NCBI GenBank assembly: GCA_016202395.1
Contig: JACQOV010000108.1
Location: 1-16,706 of the forward strand
Length of the DNA: 16,706 nt
Origin: Deltaproteobacteria bacterium
GTDB taxonomy: Bacteria > JACQOV01
Direction: 5' to 3'
In this document: piece after piece, positions 7,783 through 14,643 of the stretch
Numbering within the stretch: the first letter of the stretch is position 1
Layout of the letters: the number at the start of each line of letters is the position of its first letter
Notes under the pieces: generated by a model
Seen by the model: only the letters and a program-made list of their open reading frames with translations
The model's database searches: none
Told to the model about the DNA's origin: nothing
Made by a program: the position numbers and the translations under genes

Positions 7783-7897
7783 GATACCGCCTCCTTTCAA
7801 TCGTGAGCCCCGATTTATTTCTGGACTCTCTAGACTTTGAAATCAAAATGTCGCTAAGCACAGTTACCAGAAACTAGGCCCAGGTTCAAGTATTGAA

Positions 7898-7917
7898 CCG
7901 GATCCCAAGCATTTTTT
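7898..7917 (+). repeat. Copy of the dispersed CCGGATCCCA..TTTTTT element (variant CCGGATCCCAAGCATTTTTT), preceded by a 7-bp hairpin GGTTCAA-gta-TTGAACC (7883-7899).
   Basis: Aligned by eye to 14581-14601 (CCGGATCCCATCTTTTTT). Confidence 0.4.
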
Positions 7918-7928
7918 CGTGTCCATCC

Positions 7929-8195
7929 TCATTTATGACTCATCTCTTGACGGGCTTTCTCAGCAAGCCAAATTTTGATGAGTGCCTGATAAGCGATATC
8001 CATCCGAGAGGAAATCCTCTTGATTTGGGTTAAAAGTGGAACAGGAAGACGCAGCGAAATGGATTGTACGGGTGGTTCGTAAATCAGTTCCAACCGCTTT
8101 TGGGAAGATAAGTCTAGGACTTCTGTGGCATCATGGCTATCCCAAAAGTTTGCCACTTCTTCTTCAGGGATTCGTTTTTCTACTTTCTTCTTCAT
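7929..8195 (-). CDS. brnA: BrnA antitoxin (RHH/CopG-like), type II toxin-antitoxin system.
   Basis: 88 aa. N-terminal EEEVANFWDSHD and C-terminal SISLRLPVPLLTQIKRISSRMDIAYQALIKIWLAEK match the BrnA consensus as I remember it. Overlaps the brnT 3' end by 32 nt. Confidence 0.8.
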   Translation of the reverse strand: MKKKVEKRIPEEEVANFWDSHDATEVLDLSSQKRLELIYEPPVQSISLRLPVPLLTQIKRISSRMDIAYQALIKIWLAEKARQEMSHK

Positions 8196-8469
8196 ACCAC
8201 TTTCTCTCTTTCTGGCTCATGGGCCGAGCGCTAATAATTCTGACTTTTTCTTCTCTCATGGTGAAGGCAATTAACAAAGTACGCCCTGGATTGGTTTTCC
8301 CAAAGAGCACATACCTCTTCTCCTCTTCTGTTGAATGTCTTTCATCTACGTAAACCATCGGGCTCCCCAGAAAGACCTCTTCAGCTTCTTGGCAGTTTAC
8401 CTGATGCTTACGAAGACTCTTTTCCCGATTCCCCTCATCCCAATCGAAACCGCAGAACTTGAGATCCAT
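8164..8469 (-). CDS. brnT: BrnT toxin (DUF497 ribonuclease toxin), type II toxin-antitoxin system.
   Basis: 101 aa. FDWDEGNREKSLRKHQVNCQEAEEVF, then RTLLIAFTMREEKVRIISARPMSQKERKWYEE, the classic BrnT pattern. ATG at 8469. Confidence 0.8.
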   Translation of the reverse strand: MDLKFCGFDWDEGNREKSLRKHQVNCQEAEEVFLGSPMVYVDERHSTEEEKRYVLFGKTNPGRTLLIAFTMREEKVRIISARPMSQKERKWYEEESRKTNP

Positions 8470-8497
8470 ATTTTAAAAATACCTCAAAGATATGTCT

Positions 8498-8526
8498 AAT
8501 ATATCAAAAACCTCGTATTTTGTCTA
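8498..8526 (-). promoter_or_regulatory. Candidate sigma-70 promoter for brnTA (minus strand: -35 TAGACA at 8526-8521, 17-nt spacer, -10 TATATT at 8503-8498), with the inverted repeat GATAT-N7-ATATC overlapping the -10 as a possible BrnA operator.
   Basis: Read from the reverse complement of 8470-8552. Downstream SD-like GAGGT 10 nt before the ATG. Confidence 0.3.
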
Positions 8527-8552
8527 GCATAGAACTGGGAATAAAGAAAATG

Positions 8553-8625
8553 TGGAGCGGAGGGGAGTCGAACCCCCGGCCTCGGCGTTGCGAACGCCGC
8601 GCTCTCCCAGCTGAGCTACCGCCCC
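8553..8625 (-). tRNA. tRNA-Ala (anticodon CGC), 73 nt, CCA not encoded.
   Basis: The reverse complement folds by hand as a cloverleaf. Acceptor GGGGCGG/CCGCTCC with the G3:U70 Ala identity pair. D-arm GCTC/GAGC. Anticodon stem CGGCG/CGCCG with loop TTCGCAA (CGC). T-arm GGGGG-TTCGACT-CCCCT. Discriminator A. Confidence 0.85.
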
Positions 8626-8670
8626 AAATCTAGTTGGCATTTTGGGACACGGACCTTTATCAACATCCCA

Positions 8671-9549
8671 CTAACTCCTAAGCAAAAAAGAATTTAAAAA
8701 ACTGCGCAGCTCAGGACCCACATCAGAACGCCTCAAACCTAAAGCGACATTGGCCTGCAAGAAACCGAGTTTGCTCCCAACATCGTACCAGGTCCCCTCA
8801 AAACAATAGCCGTAAAGTTTCCTCTGTTGCGCAAGCTTCGCTAAGCCATCCGTCAATTGAATTTCTCCCCCAACTCCCGGTTGCGCCTCTTCTAAAATCG
8901 AAAATATCTGCGAAGGCAAAATATAGCGCCCCATCACTGCGAATAAAGAAGGGGCTTTTTCTGGAGAGGGCTTCTCAACAATCCTCTCGACTTGATAGAG
9001 ATTTTCAGAGACCACACTCCCCTCAATCACGCCATAGCGATGAATCTGATCTAGAGGGACATGATAAAGAGCGACCGTCGCTGCATCGTTGGGAATCTCC
9101 TCGTAAGAGCTTAACAGTTGGCCCAAACACGGCTCTGAACCGGAGGTGATATCGTCTGGAAGCAAAACAGCAAAAGGCTCCTCCCCCACGGCCTCTTTTG
9201 CGCAAAGAACCGCATGCCCTAATCCCAGAGGAACTTTCTGCTCAACCGATTTCACACGCACTAAAGAGGTGAGCTGCCTTAACTCTTCGAGGAGATCCTG
9301 CTTCCCCTTGGAATCCAAGAATGCCTCCAAGGATGGAGAAGATTCAAAGTGTTCCACAATCTGTCGCTTGCCGGGATTGCTGACAAGAATCACCTCTTCA
9401 ATCCCGGATTGAACCGCTTCCTCGATGACTAACTGGATTACAGGGCGATCGACAATGGGCAAAAGCTCTTTGGGGAGGACCTTGGTGGCGGGCAAGAAAC
9501 GGGTTCCGAATCCTGCCGCAGGGATGACGGCTTTACGAATTTTTCGCAT
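8671..9549 (-). CDS. galU: UTP--glucose-1-phosphate uridylyltransferase.
   Basis: 292 aa. N-terminus KAVIPAAGFGTRFLPATKVLPKELLPIVDRP is the GalU nucleotidyltransferase signature. Start overlaps the upstream GAF gene stop by 17 nt. Confidence 0.9.
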   Translation of the reverse strand: MRKIRKAVIPAAGFGTRFLPATKVLPKELLPIVDRPVIQLVIEEAVQSGIEEVILVSNPGKRQIVEHFESSPSLEAFLDSKGKQDLLEELRQLTSLVRVKSVEQKVPLGLGHAVLCAKEAVGEEPFAVLLPDDITSGSEPCLGQLLSSYEEIPNDAATVALYHVPLDQIHRYGVIEGSVVSENLYQVERIVEKPSPEKAPSLFAVMGRYILPSQIFSILEEAQPGVGGEIQLTDGLAKLAQQRKLYGYCFEGTWYDVGSKLGFLQANVALGLRRSDVGPELRSFLNSFLLRS

Positions 9550-10648
9550 GGGACCCTTGGATCTTTTTCAATTGATCTAAAAGAAAGGCGTGATGGATGG
9601 CCATGCTCGCCGCGCTTGCAAGCATCTGCAACAGCTCCATGTCTTGATCCGAAAAGGAATCTGCCTCAAAACTGTCCACATTGAGAACTCCAATCACCTT
9701 CTCTTCCCAAGCCATAGGAACTGCCAACTCCGATTCCACTTTGGTGTTCGCAATGACATATCGTGGATCTTGCTTGACTCGAGGAACCATCAAAGGCTGA
9801 TTTTCTTTAGCAACCCAACCGGTAACCCCCTCACCAATCCCCAAACGCAATTTCTCGGCAACCCCCGGGGCAAGTCCTTTCTCCGACCGTATCACCAATT
9901 CCATAGTCTCAGAGTCAATTAACATTAAAGAGCCGGTATGGGCCCCCGTCAGCTCTATCGCTTTGGCAACCACGGTATCCAAACGCTCCTGCAAACTTAA
10001 GCCCGAATCCATAATCTGTTTGCCTAAAAGAAAGATAGACCTCTGCCACTCCATTTTTCTTTGCAACCGGGCGATCAAGTTGGCATTCTCCTCCGCAATG
10101 GCCGCCAGGTTCGCGAGCATCGTCAGCAGCCTCAGATCATCCTCCGTAAAATGACTGCTATCGATTTTCGAATCGGCCGTGATGACACCCAAAACCTTCT
10201 CCTTGATTTTGAGTGGAGCCACCAAAAAGCTTTCCACTCCAAGCTCTTTCAACTCCTTCTTTAAAACCTTTTCTTCACGGCTGGCGTCTTTCACCCATGT
10301 CGCCTGCCCTGTTTTGGCAACATCTCCCAAAATTCCACGACCGAGTTTTATTCGAAAGCTGGCGAGAAAATCTTCATCGACCAAACCGCTTCCCGCGCCC
10401 ACAATTAACTCCTTCTTCTTGGGATCGATCAAGAGCAAAACGGAGCGCTTGACCCCCAAAATGACGGTCACCGTTTCTGTAATCAATCGATGGGTTTTGT
10501 CCACGCTCTCCATGGAACTTGCCATGGCCCGACCAATCTCGTAGAGCATGGCGGTTTGAGCATTGGACACGGAATGACGGCCAAAATCAATGAGGCGCCC
10601 CGGCGCAAGGCCAGAGAGGAGCTCACGAATCTCATCAAACAAACTCAT
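9533..10648 (-). CDS. Tandem GAF-domain protein (two GAF modules, no obvious output domain).
   Basis: 371 aa. ATG at 10648 with SD AGGAGAA 7 nt upstream. Two GAF-like segments (each with the typical ...L..P... fold pattern). Translationally coupled to galU. Confidence 0.75.
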   Translation of the reverse strand: MSLFDEIRELLSGLAPGRLIDFGRHSVSNAQTAMLYEIGRAMASSMESVDKTHRLITETVTVILGVKRSVLLLIDPKKKELIVGAGSGLVDEDFLASFRIKLGRGILGDVAKTGQATWVKDASREEKVLKKELKELGVESFLVAPLKIKEKVLGVITADSKIDSSHFTEDDLRLLTMLANLAAIAEENANLIARLQRKMEWQRSIFLLGKQIMDSGLSLQERLDTVVAKAIELTGAHTGSLMLIDSETMELVIRSEKGLAPGVAEKLRLGIGEGVTGWVAKENQPLMVPRVKQDPRYVIANTKVESELAVPMAWEEKVIGVLNVDSFEADSFSDQDMELLQMLASAASMAIHHAFLLDQLKKIQGSHAKNS

Positions 10649-10687
10649 TCAAAGGTTCTCCTGAAAAAAATGGAAAGGATGGATCCC

Positions 10688-11047
10688 TCAGGCTTGTTGC
10701 TCTTCAGCTTCTTGCGTCTCCTTACATTCGATACAAAGGGTTGTTACCGGACGCGCCTTCAGGCGCCCCACAGAGATCTCTCCACCACAGACTTCGCAAA
10801 CTCCAAAGGTCCCTTCATCGATGCGAGCCAGAGCCTCTTGGATCTTGGTAATGAGTCGCCTTTCGCGATCGCGAATACGAAGGGTAAAGTTTCGAGTGGA
10901 CTCCATCGTCGCGCGATCCGCGGGATCGGGAAATGTCCCTTTATTCTCAGTGTTCATGCCATCGCGAGTCCTATCCGCTTCGCTCAAAAGTTCCTTCATC
11001 CAATGATTGAGCTGGACCCGAAACTCTTCCAAAAAGGTCGGCTCCAT
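10688..11047 (-). CDS. dksA: RNA polymerase-binding transcription factor DksA (DksA/TraR C4 zinc finger).
   Basis: ATG at 11047 with SD GGGAGGG 8 nt upstream (the ORF-track TTG at 11074 is rejected). FTLRIRDRERRLITKIQEALARIDEGTFGVCEVCGGEISVGRLKARPVTTLCIECK is a canonical DksA coiled-coil tip plus C4 finger. Confidence 0.85.
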   Translation of the reverse strand: MEPTFLEEFRVQLNHWMKELLSEADRTRDGMNTENKGTFPDPADRATMESTRNFTLRIRDRERRLITKIQEALARIDEGTFGVCEVCGGEISVGRLKARPVTTLCIECKETQEAEEQQA

Positions 11048-11154
11048 ATTCACATCCCTCCCCTTTAAAAACAAGGACTTAGGAGAAACAGCCGAACCTA
11101 GCTAGTCTATAGAATTAAAAGACCAAAGTCAATATTTTTGCCAAGTCGCATCGG

Positions 11155-11583
11155 TCATTCGACGTTGTCTTCTTGACGGAGAAGGAGATAACAAATCAAT
11201 GAAATCAAGGCAATAGAGCCATCGATGGCAAAGTTGAGAAGATAAACGAAGGCGTGGGCGCTCGTGAAATAAAAGGCCAGACAGGAAAGAGAAGAGGCCG
11301 CCTTGGCAAGGGCCAATAATATTAAGAGATTCCCGTAACGCTCCAGATCCTTTTGGATAAAGTAAGCGATCCCTGTCACAGAGACCATAAAAGCGAAGGT
11401 GAGTGAGAGCCAAAACCGGTTGGTGGCTGTCACTACGGGATGAAAATCTCCCAAAAGGGCTCCTGCCTGGTTAACGGCGCGCAGCGTCCCTTCCGGAAAG
11501 AGCAGGAAGATCAATCCCACCACGGCAAAGCAGACCATGAGAATGCGGACAACCCACAAAATGCCTTTTTCTTTAATGGACAT
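11155..11583 (-). CDS. Hypothetical inner-membrane protein with four TM helices, immediately downstream of the porin-cytochrome gene.
   Basis: ATG at 11583 (GTG at 11586 as an alternative). 142 aa. Four clear hydrophobic helices. No SD. Confidence 0.55.
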   Translation of the reverse strand: MSIKEKGILWVVRILMVCFAVVGLIFLLFPEGTLRAVNQAGALLGDFHPVVTATNRFWLSLTFAFMVSVTGIAYFIQKDLERYGNLLILLALAKAASSLSCLAFYFTSAHAFVYLLNFAIDGSIALISLICYLLLRQEDNVE

Positions 11584-11641
11584 CACGTCGCAGGATAAAC
11601 CGACTCGCTATGGGCTGTCAATCTTGCCCTTAAGGGCACCT

Positions 11642-12685
11642 CTAAAAGAAGAGGTGCAATTCGGAAAAGAGCTCATTGTTATCTTGGTTTGGAGACTCCT
11701 CATTCCATCGGTACTTCAATTCAAAGCGCGAAAATCGAACGGGGAAAAACTCAAATCCTGCGCTGTAACGGCGCAAATCATCGTCAGCAATATCCCTGTC
11801 AGGATCCAAAAAATCGTACTTCACTTTGAGATTGATTCCTTGACGAAGAAGCCAATGGAGCTCCACGAGTGATGCGTCGATCTGCGCGATACTCCCCTCC
11901 TCTTCGTCCTCACCCCGATCGATCTCCCAAAGCAACGTTCCATCCCAATAACTCAAAGCGCCAAAGAGTCCATAACGCGTGCTAGTGACGGTGGGTGTTG
12001 GGTTTCGAAAAAATGAACCTCCAATCCAGAGGCGCCGTTTTACAAATCCTCCTTTCACCGTAAAAGCCTTGGCATCGTTTTGATCGTTGCCGGCGAAAGT
12101 CCCGTTGGTTAAAGAGGCGTTCCAAAACCATGGGCCTTGATTCAACCCCACTTCCACGCCATCGTCGGGCAAGCTAAAAGCAAAGCCTAAACTGCCACGA
12201 ACAAAGGAGCTGTCATCGGGGATTCGAAGGCCATAGGGGAGCGTAAATCTTCCAAACTTCGCATAGAACCCCAGAGGCAAATCTGAAATTAAGCCAAAGA
12301 TCTCTTGTGTTCCCGAGAAGAAATCGTTCTCCAGATGAAAAGCAAGGTGTCGGGCAAGATCCACCGTCAAATAGAGATCCCCCTGATAATCCGTAAAGGT
12401 GGCATCTCCACTTTCGGAATGGGTCCACCGAAACTTAAGATCGCTTCCGATAGAGATATTGGGGTTGAGTTGGCTATCCAGCGAAGAAACGTCGGGAAAA
12501 TCTTTCCAATAGGGAAGTTGATTCTCAGCGTACGAAACACCGAAGAGGTTTCGCTGTCCTGCGCCGGTGGGATTGATGTGGCAGAGGTTACAAGTCACTC
12601 CTTCTCTGGCGGCCAGCCGAGGCTCGGCGTGAAGAGACACACTAAAAACGACAAGAAAAATGAATAGAAAAGGTATCTTTTCCAT
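11642..12685 (-). CDS. Outer-membrane beta-barrel protein with an N-terminal single CXXCH haem-binding motif (Cyc2-like fused cytochrome-porin architecture).
   Basis: 347 aa. ATG at 12685 with SD AAGGA 7 nt upstream. Signal peptide MEKIPFLFIFLVVFSVSLHA. CNLCH at mature residues about 12-16. The remainder is alternating amphipathic/aromatic strands (KFRWTH, LKVKYDF, YSAGFEFF, FELKYRWN) ending in the beta-signal ELHLFF. Confidence 0.8.
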   Translation of the reverse strand: MEKIPFLFIFLVVFSVSLHAEPRLAAREGVTCNLCHINPTGAGQRNLFGVSYAENQLPYWKDFPDVSSLDSQLNPNISIGSDLKFRWTHSESGDATFTDYQGDLYLTVDLARHLAFHLENDFFSGTQEIFGLISDLPLGFYAKFGRFTLPYGLRIPDDSSFVRGSLGFAFSLPDDGVEVGLNQGPWFWNASLTNGTFAGNDQNDAKAFTVKGGFVKRRLWIGGSFFRNPTPTVTSTRYGLFGALSYWDGTLLWEIDRGEDEEEGSIAQIDASLVELHWLLRQGINLKVKYDFLDPDRDIADDDLRRYSAGFEFFPVRFSRFELKYRWNEESPNQDNNELFSELHLFF

Positions 12686-12703
12686 GTCGAGATCCTTCGA
12701 CTC

Positions 12704-12757
12704 GGTCCCGCAGCCGCGGGACCTCGCTCAGGATGACCCCCACCAAAGGCGGGGGTC
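12704..12757 (-). promoter_or_regulatory. Two GC-rich hairpins in the 70-bp gap between the lipoprotein and porin-cytochrome genes: GGTCCCGC-agcc-GCGGGACC (12704-12723) and GACCCCC-N9-GGGGGTC (12735-12757, overlapping the upstream stop codon). Neither is followed by a U-tract.
   Basis: Checked by hand. Lies just upstream of the SD of the 12685 gene. Confidence 0.35.
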
Positions 12758-13280
12758 AATTATTGAGTGCGCCGGCATCAATCCAATCCTTGATCGCGTG
12801 AATTTCCTCATCAGATAGGGGGCTTCCCCCTTTAGGCATCTGCGAACTATTTCCCCCCACACTGCCAGCGGTCCCCTCAACTTTATTCACAAGGTAGCTT
12901 GCGCCAGAATCGCCAGATTCAACCCTTTTTAAACTTGGCACTTGTTGACTCGAAACTCCAACAAGATTTTCGAAACTTTTTCCATCGGAGAGATTTAAAC
13001 CTGCTTGAGGGCTGCTGCCAGCGTGACAGCTGGATGAAGCGCAGTTGGGAGTAAAGATATTCTCTTGGATGCTTGAAAGGGTCGCCCCAAGACCCGAATC
13101 GTCCGTTTGGGTTGTGTCACCCGTATCCTCCTCCGCTGTGCCCGGATCGTCTTCCTCTTCATCGGGATTACTTACGCCACTTTCATCGCCACTGCCACCA
13201 CACGAATAGGTAAAGGTAAGCACGCTGAAGACAACTCCAACAGCAAGAAAGGCTCTCCGGAAGGATTTCACACCGTTCAT
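12756..13280 (-). CDS. Secreted lipoprotein with a C-terminal cytochrome-c-like domain carrying an atypical CX4CH motif (NCASSSCH).
   Basis: Signal peptide M(NG)VKSFRRAFLAVGVVFSVLTFTYSC, then GGSG. Acidic low-complexity linker. C-terminal IFTPNCASSSCHAGSSPQAGLNLSDG...MPKGGSPLSDEEIHAIKDWIDAGA resembles planctomycete-type cytochrome-c (PSCyt-like) domains, recalled from memory. ATG at 13280. GTG at 13271 or the ORF maximum at 13313 are alternatives. Confidence 0.75.
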   Translation of the reverse strand: MNGVKSFRRAFLAVGVVFSVLTFTYSCGGSGDESGVSNPDEEEDDPGTAEEDTGDTTQTDDSGLGATLSSIQENIFTPNCASSSCHAGSSPQAGLNLSDGKSFENLVGVSSQQVPSLKRVESGDSGASYLVNKVEGTAGSVGGNSSQMPKGGSPLSDEEIHAIKDWIDAGALNN

Positions 13281-13306
13281 TATAGGAGGTGTTTCACCAA
13301 AGTCAA
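13279..13306 (-). promoter_or_regulatory. Near-consensus sigma-70 promoter on the minus strand: -35 TTGACT (13306-13301), 16-nt spacer, -10 TATAAT (13284-13279). The -10 overlaps the ATG at 13280, so the transcript would start about 7 nt later, essentially at GTG 13271 (leaderless).
   Basis: Read from the reverse complement of 13261-13310. Confidence 0.35.
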
Positions 13307-13319
13307 TTTTCACACTTAC

Positions 13320-13352
13320 AAACCGAAATACCGAAGTCAGATCCCATCTTCC
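13320..13352 (+). repeat. Left copy of the dispersed repeat (AAACCGAAATACCGAaGtCaGATCCCATCTTcc), abutting the -35 of the ATPase promoter.
   Basis: The 15-nt exact match AAACCGAAATACCGA is shared with 14644-14658. GATCCCATCTT is shared with 14587-14597. Confidence 0.5.
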
Positions 13353-13353
13353 A

Positions 13354-13382
13354 TTGACATAAGTCCATATTTATCGTATTAT
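13354..13382 (+). promoter_or_regulatory. Near-consensus sigma-70 promoter TTGACA-N17-TATTAT, only 8 nt upstream of the ATG at 13391, with no SD: a leaderless or near-leaderless transcript of the ATPase gene.
   Basis: TTGACA at 13354-13359, TATTAT at 13377-13382, ATG at 13391, intervening tctggacc. Confidence 0.5.
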
Positions 13383-13390
13383 TCTGGACC

Positions 13391-14554
13391 ATGTTCAGAA
13401 GAATCATAAGTCCTTTAAAAACCTACAGTTTTTTTCTCTTTGGAGCCAGGGGAACGGGCAAGTCGACCTTTCTGAGAAGCTATTTTCAAGGTGAAAACGT
13501 TCTCTGGTTTGACCTTCTCGACCCCGAGAAAGAAGATCTTCTGGAGCGGCATCCCAATGCGTTGACGGAAGAGATCGCGGGTCAAAAAGAAAAGCCCGGA
13601 TGGGTAGTCATTGACGAGGTGCAGAAGATTCCCAAACTGCTCGATCTGGTGCACCAGCTGATTGAGACATCCCATTTAAAATTTGCCCTCACAGGATCGA
13701 GCGCAAGGAAACTTAAAAGAGGGGGCGCGAACCTTCTTGCGGGACGAGCCTTCGTCAATCACCTTTTTCCATTGACCCATGTCGAGATGGGTGAAGAATT
13801 TAATTTGACGAATGCCTTGCACTGGGGAACCTTGCCCAAAATCTCTCAACTCCATACCGACGAAGAAAAAAACGATTTCCTTCGAGCTTACGCCTTGACT
13901 TATCTCAAAGAGGAAGTGTGGGCGGAGCATTTTATAAGAGAGCTTCCTCCCTTCCGCAAATTCCTAGAGGTGGCTGCGCAAACAAACAGTGAGATTGTGA
14001 ATTACACCAACATCGCGAAAGATGTGGGGGCCGATGTAAAAACCGTCCAATCTTATTTTGAAATCCTTGAAGACACTCTTCTGGGGTTTTTATTGGAGCC
14101 GTACCACCGCTCGATCCGCAAACAACAAAGGAAAAGCCCAAAATTTTATTTCTTCGATGTCGGCGTCAAAAGGGCGTTAGATCGAACCCTCCCTCAACAA
14201 CTTCTCCCTCAAACTTCTGTTTATGGGAAGGCTTTCGAACATTTTTTGATGATAGAGATCCATCGTCTCAACACCTATCTTAAAAAAGATTTCCGTCTTT
14301 CCTACTTGTTAACAAAGGACGGGGCGGAGATTGATCTTATTATGGAGAGACCTGGAGCTCCAACGGCATTGGTCGAAATCAAATCTTCAGAACATGTGGA
14401 TGAACGAGACACGCGCATTGTTCAATCTTTCTTAAAAGATTTCGAGAAAGCTCAAGCGTATGTTCTATCTCGAGATCCTCGCCCCAAGAAAATTGGGGAT
14501 GTTTACGCCCTGCCTTGGCAAGAGGGACTTCAAGAGATCGGATTAACCCCATGA
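13391..14554 (+). CDS. AAA-family ATPase of the AAA_14 + DUF4143 type.
   Basis: 387 aa. Walker A GARGTGKST and Walker B VVIDEVQKIP, with the conserved architecture of this widespread ATPase family. The DUF4143 tail is recalled from memory. Confidence 0.85.
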   Translation: MFRRIISPLKTYSFFLFGARGTGKSTFLRSYFQGENVLWFDLLDPEKEDLLERHPNALTEEIAGQKEKPGWVVIDEVQKIPKLLDLVHQLIETSHLKFALTGSSARKLKRGGANLLAGRAFVNHLFPLTHVEMGEEFNLTNALHWGTLPKISQLHTDEEKNDFLRAYALTYLKEEVWAEHFIRELPPFRKFLEVAAQTNSEIVNYTNIAKDVGADVKTVQSYFEILEDTLLGFLLEPYHRSIRKQQRKSPKFYFFDVGVKRALDRTLPQQLLPQTSVYGKAFEHFLMIEIHRLNTYLKKDFRLSYLLTKDGAEIDLIMERPGAPTALVEIKSSEHVDERDTRIVQSFLKDFEKAQAYVLSRDPRPKKIGDVYALPWQEGLQEIGLTP

Positions 14555-14573
14555 GAATAAGTTGAATGAGCGA

Positions 14574-14601
14574 CATACCAAAGCCGGATCCCATCTTTTT
14601 T
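14574..14601 (+). repeat. Right copy 1 of the dispersed repeat (ACATACCAAAGCCGGATCCCATCTTTTTT), 20 bp past the ATPase stop.
   Basis: Aligns with 14650-14680 and 13326-13352. Confidence 0.5.
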
Positions 14602-14624
14602 AATTCACCCTTCGATAAACTCAG

Positions 14625-14636
14625 GACAGGCCTGTC
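14625..14636. repeat. Perfect 12-bp palindrome GACAGGCCTGTC between the two right-hand repeat copies.
   Basis: It equals its own reverse complement. Confidence 0.4.
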
Positions 14637-14643
14637 GAACCAT

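Noticed and set aside
7783-7800. TTG start at 7800 for the SPFH gene.
   Set aside because: It lies inside the perfect SD (AAAGGAGG) that serves ATG 7782. The six extra residues (MKGGGI) are unsupported.
8036-8353. ORF 8036-8353(+).
   Set aside because: Antisense across brnA/brnT.
9023-10544. ORFs 9023-9205(-), 9146-9412(+), 9590-9922(+), 9963-10154(+), 10061-10264(+), 10179-10544(+) and 10213-10452(+).
   Set aside because: Inside or antisense to galU and the GAF gene.
10490-11074. ORFs 10490-11068(+) and 10821-11006(+), and the TTG start at 11074 for dksA.
   Set aside because: The plus ORFs are antisense to dksA and the GAF gene. The dksA extension (MFLKGRDVN) precedes an ATG with an excellent SD and is not found in DksA proteins.
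11048-11154. Candidate sigma-70 promoter for dksA (TTGACT-N15-TATAGA on the minus strand).
   Set aside because: Spacer length and -10 quality are poor. It is not convincing without transcription start site data.
11129-12667. ORFs 11129-11413(-), 11537-11872(+), 12213-12428(-) and 12305-12667(+).
   Set aside because: Alternative-frame or antisense ORFs within the membrane-protein and porin-cytochrome genes.
13107-13930. ORFs 13107-13409(+), 13415-13675(-), 13676-13930(-) and 13932-14141(-).
   Set aside because: Antisense to the lipoprotein or ATPase genes. The region 13281-13390 is better explained as a divergent promoter.
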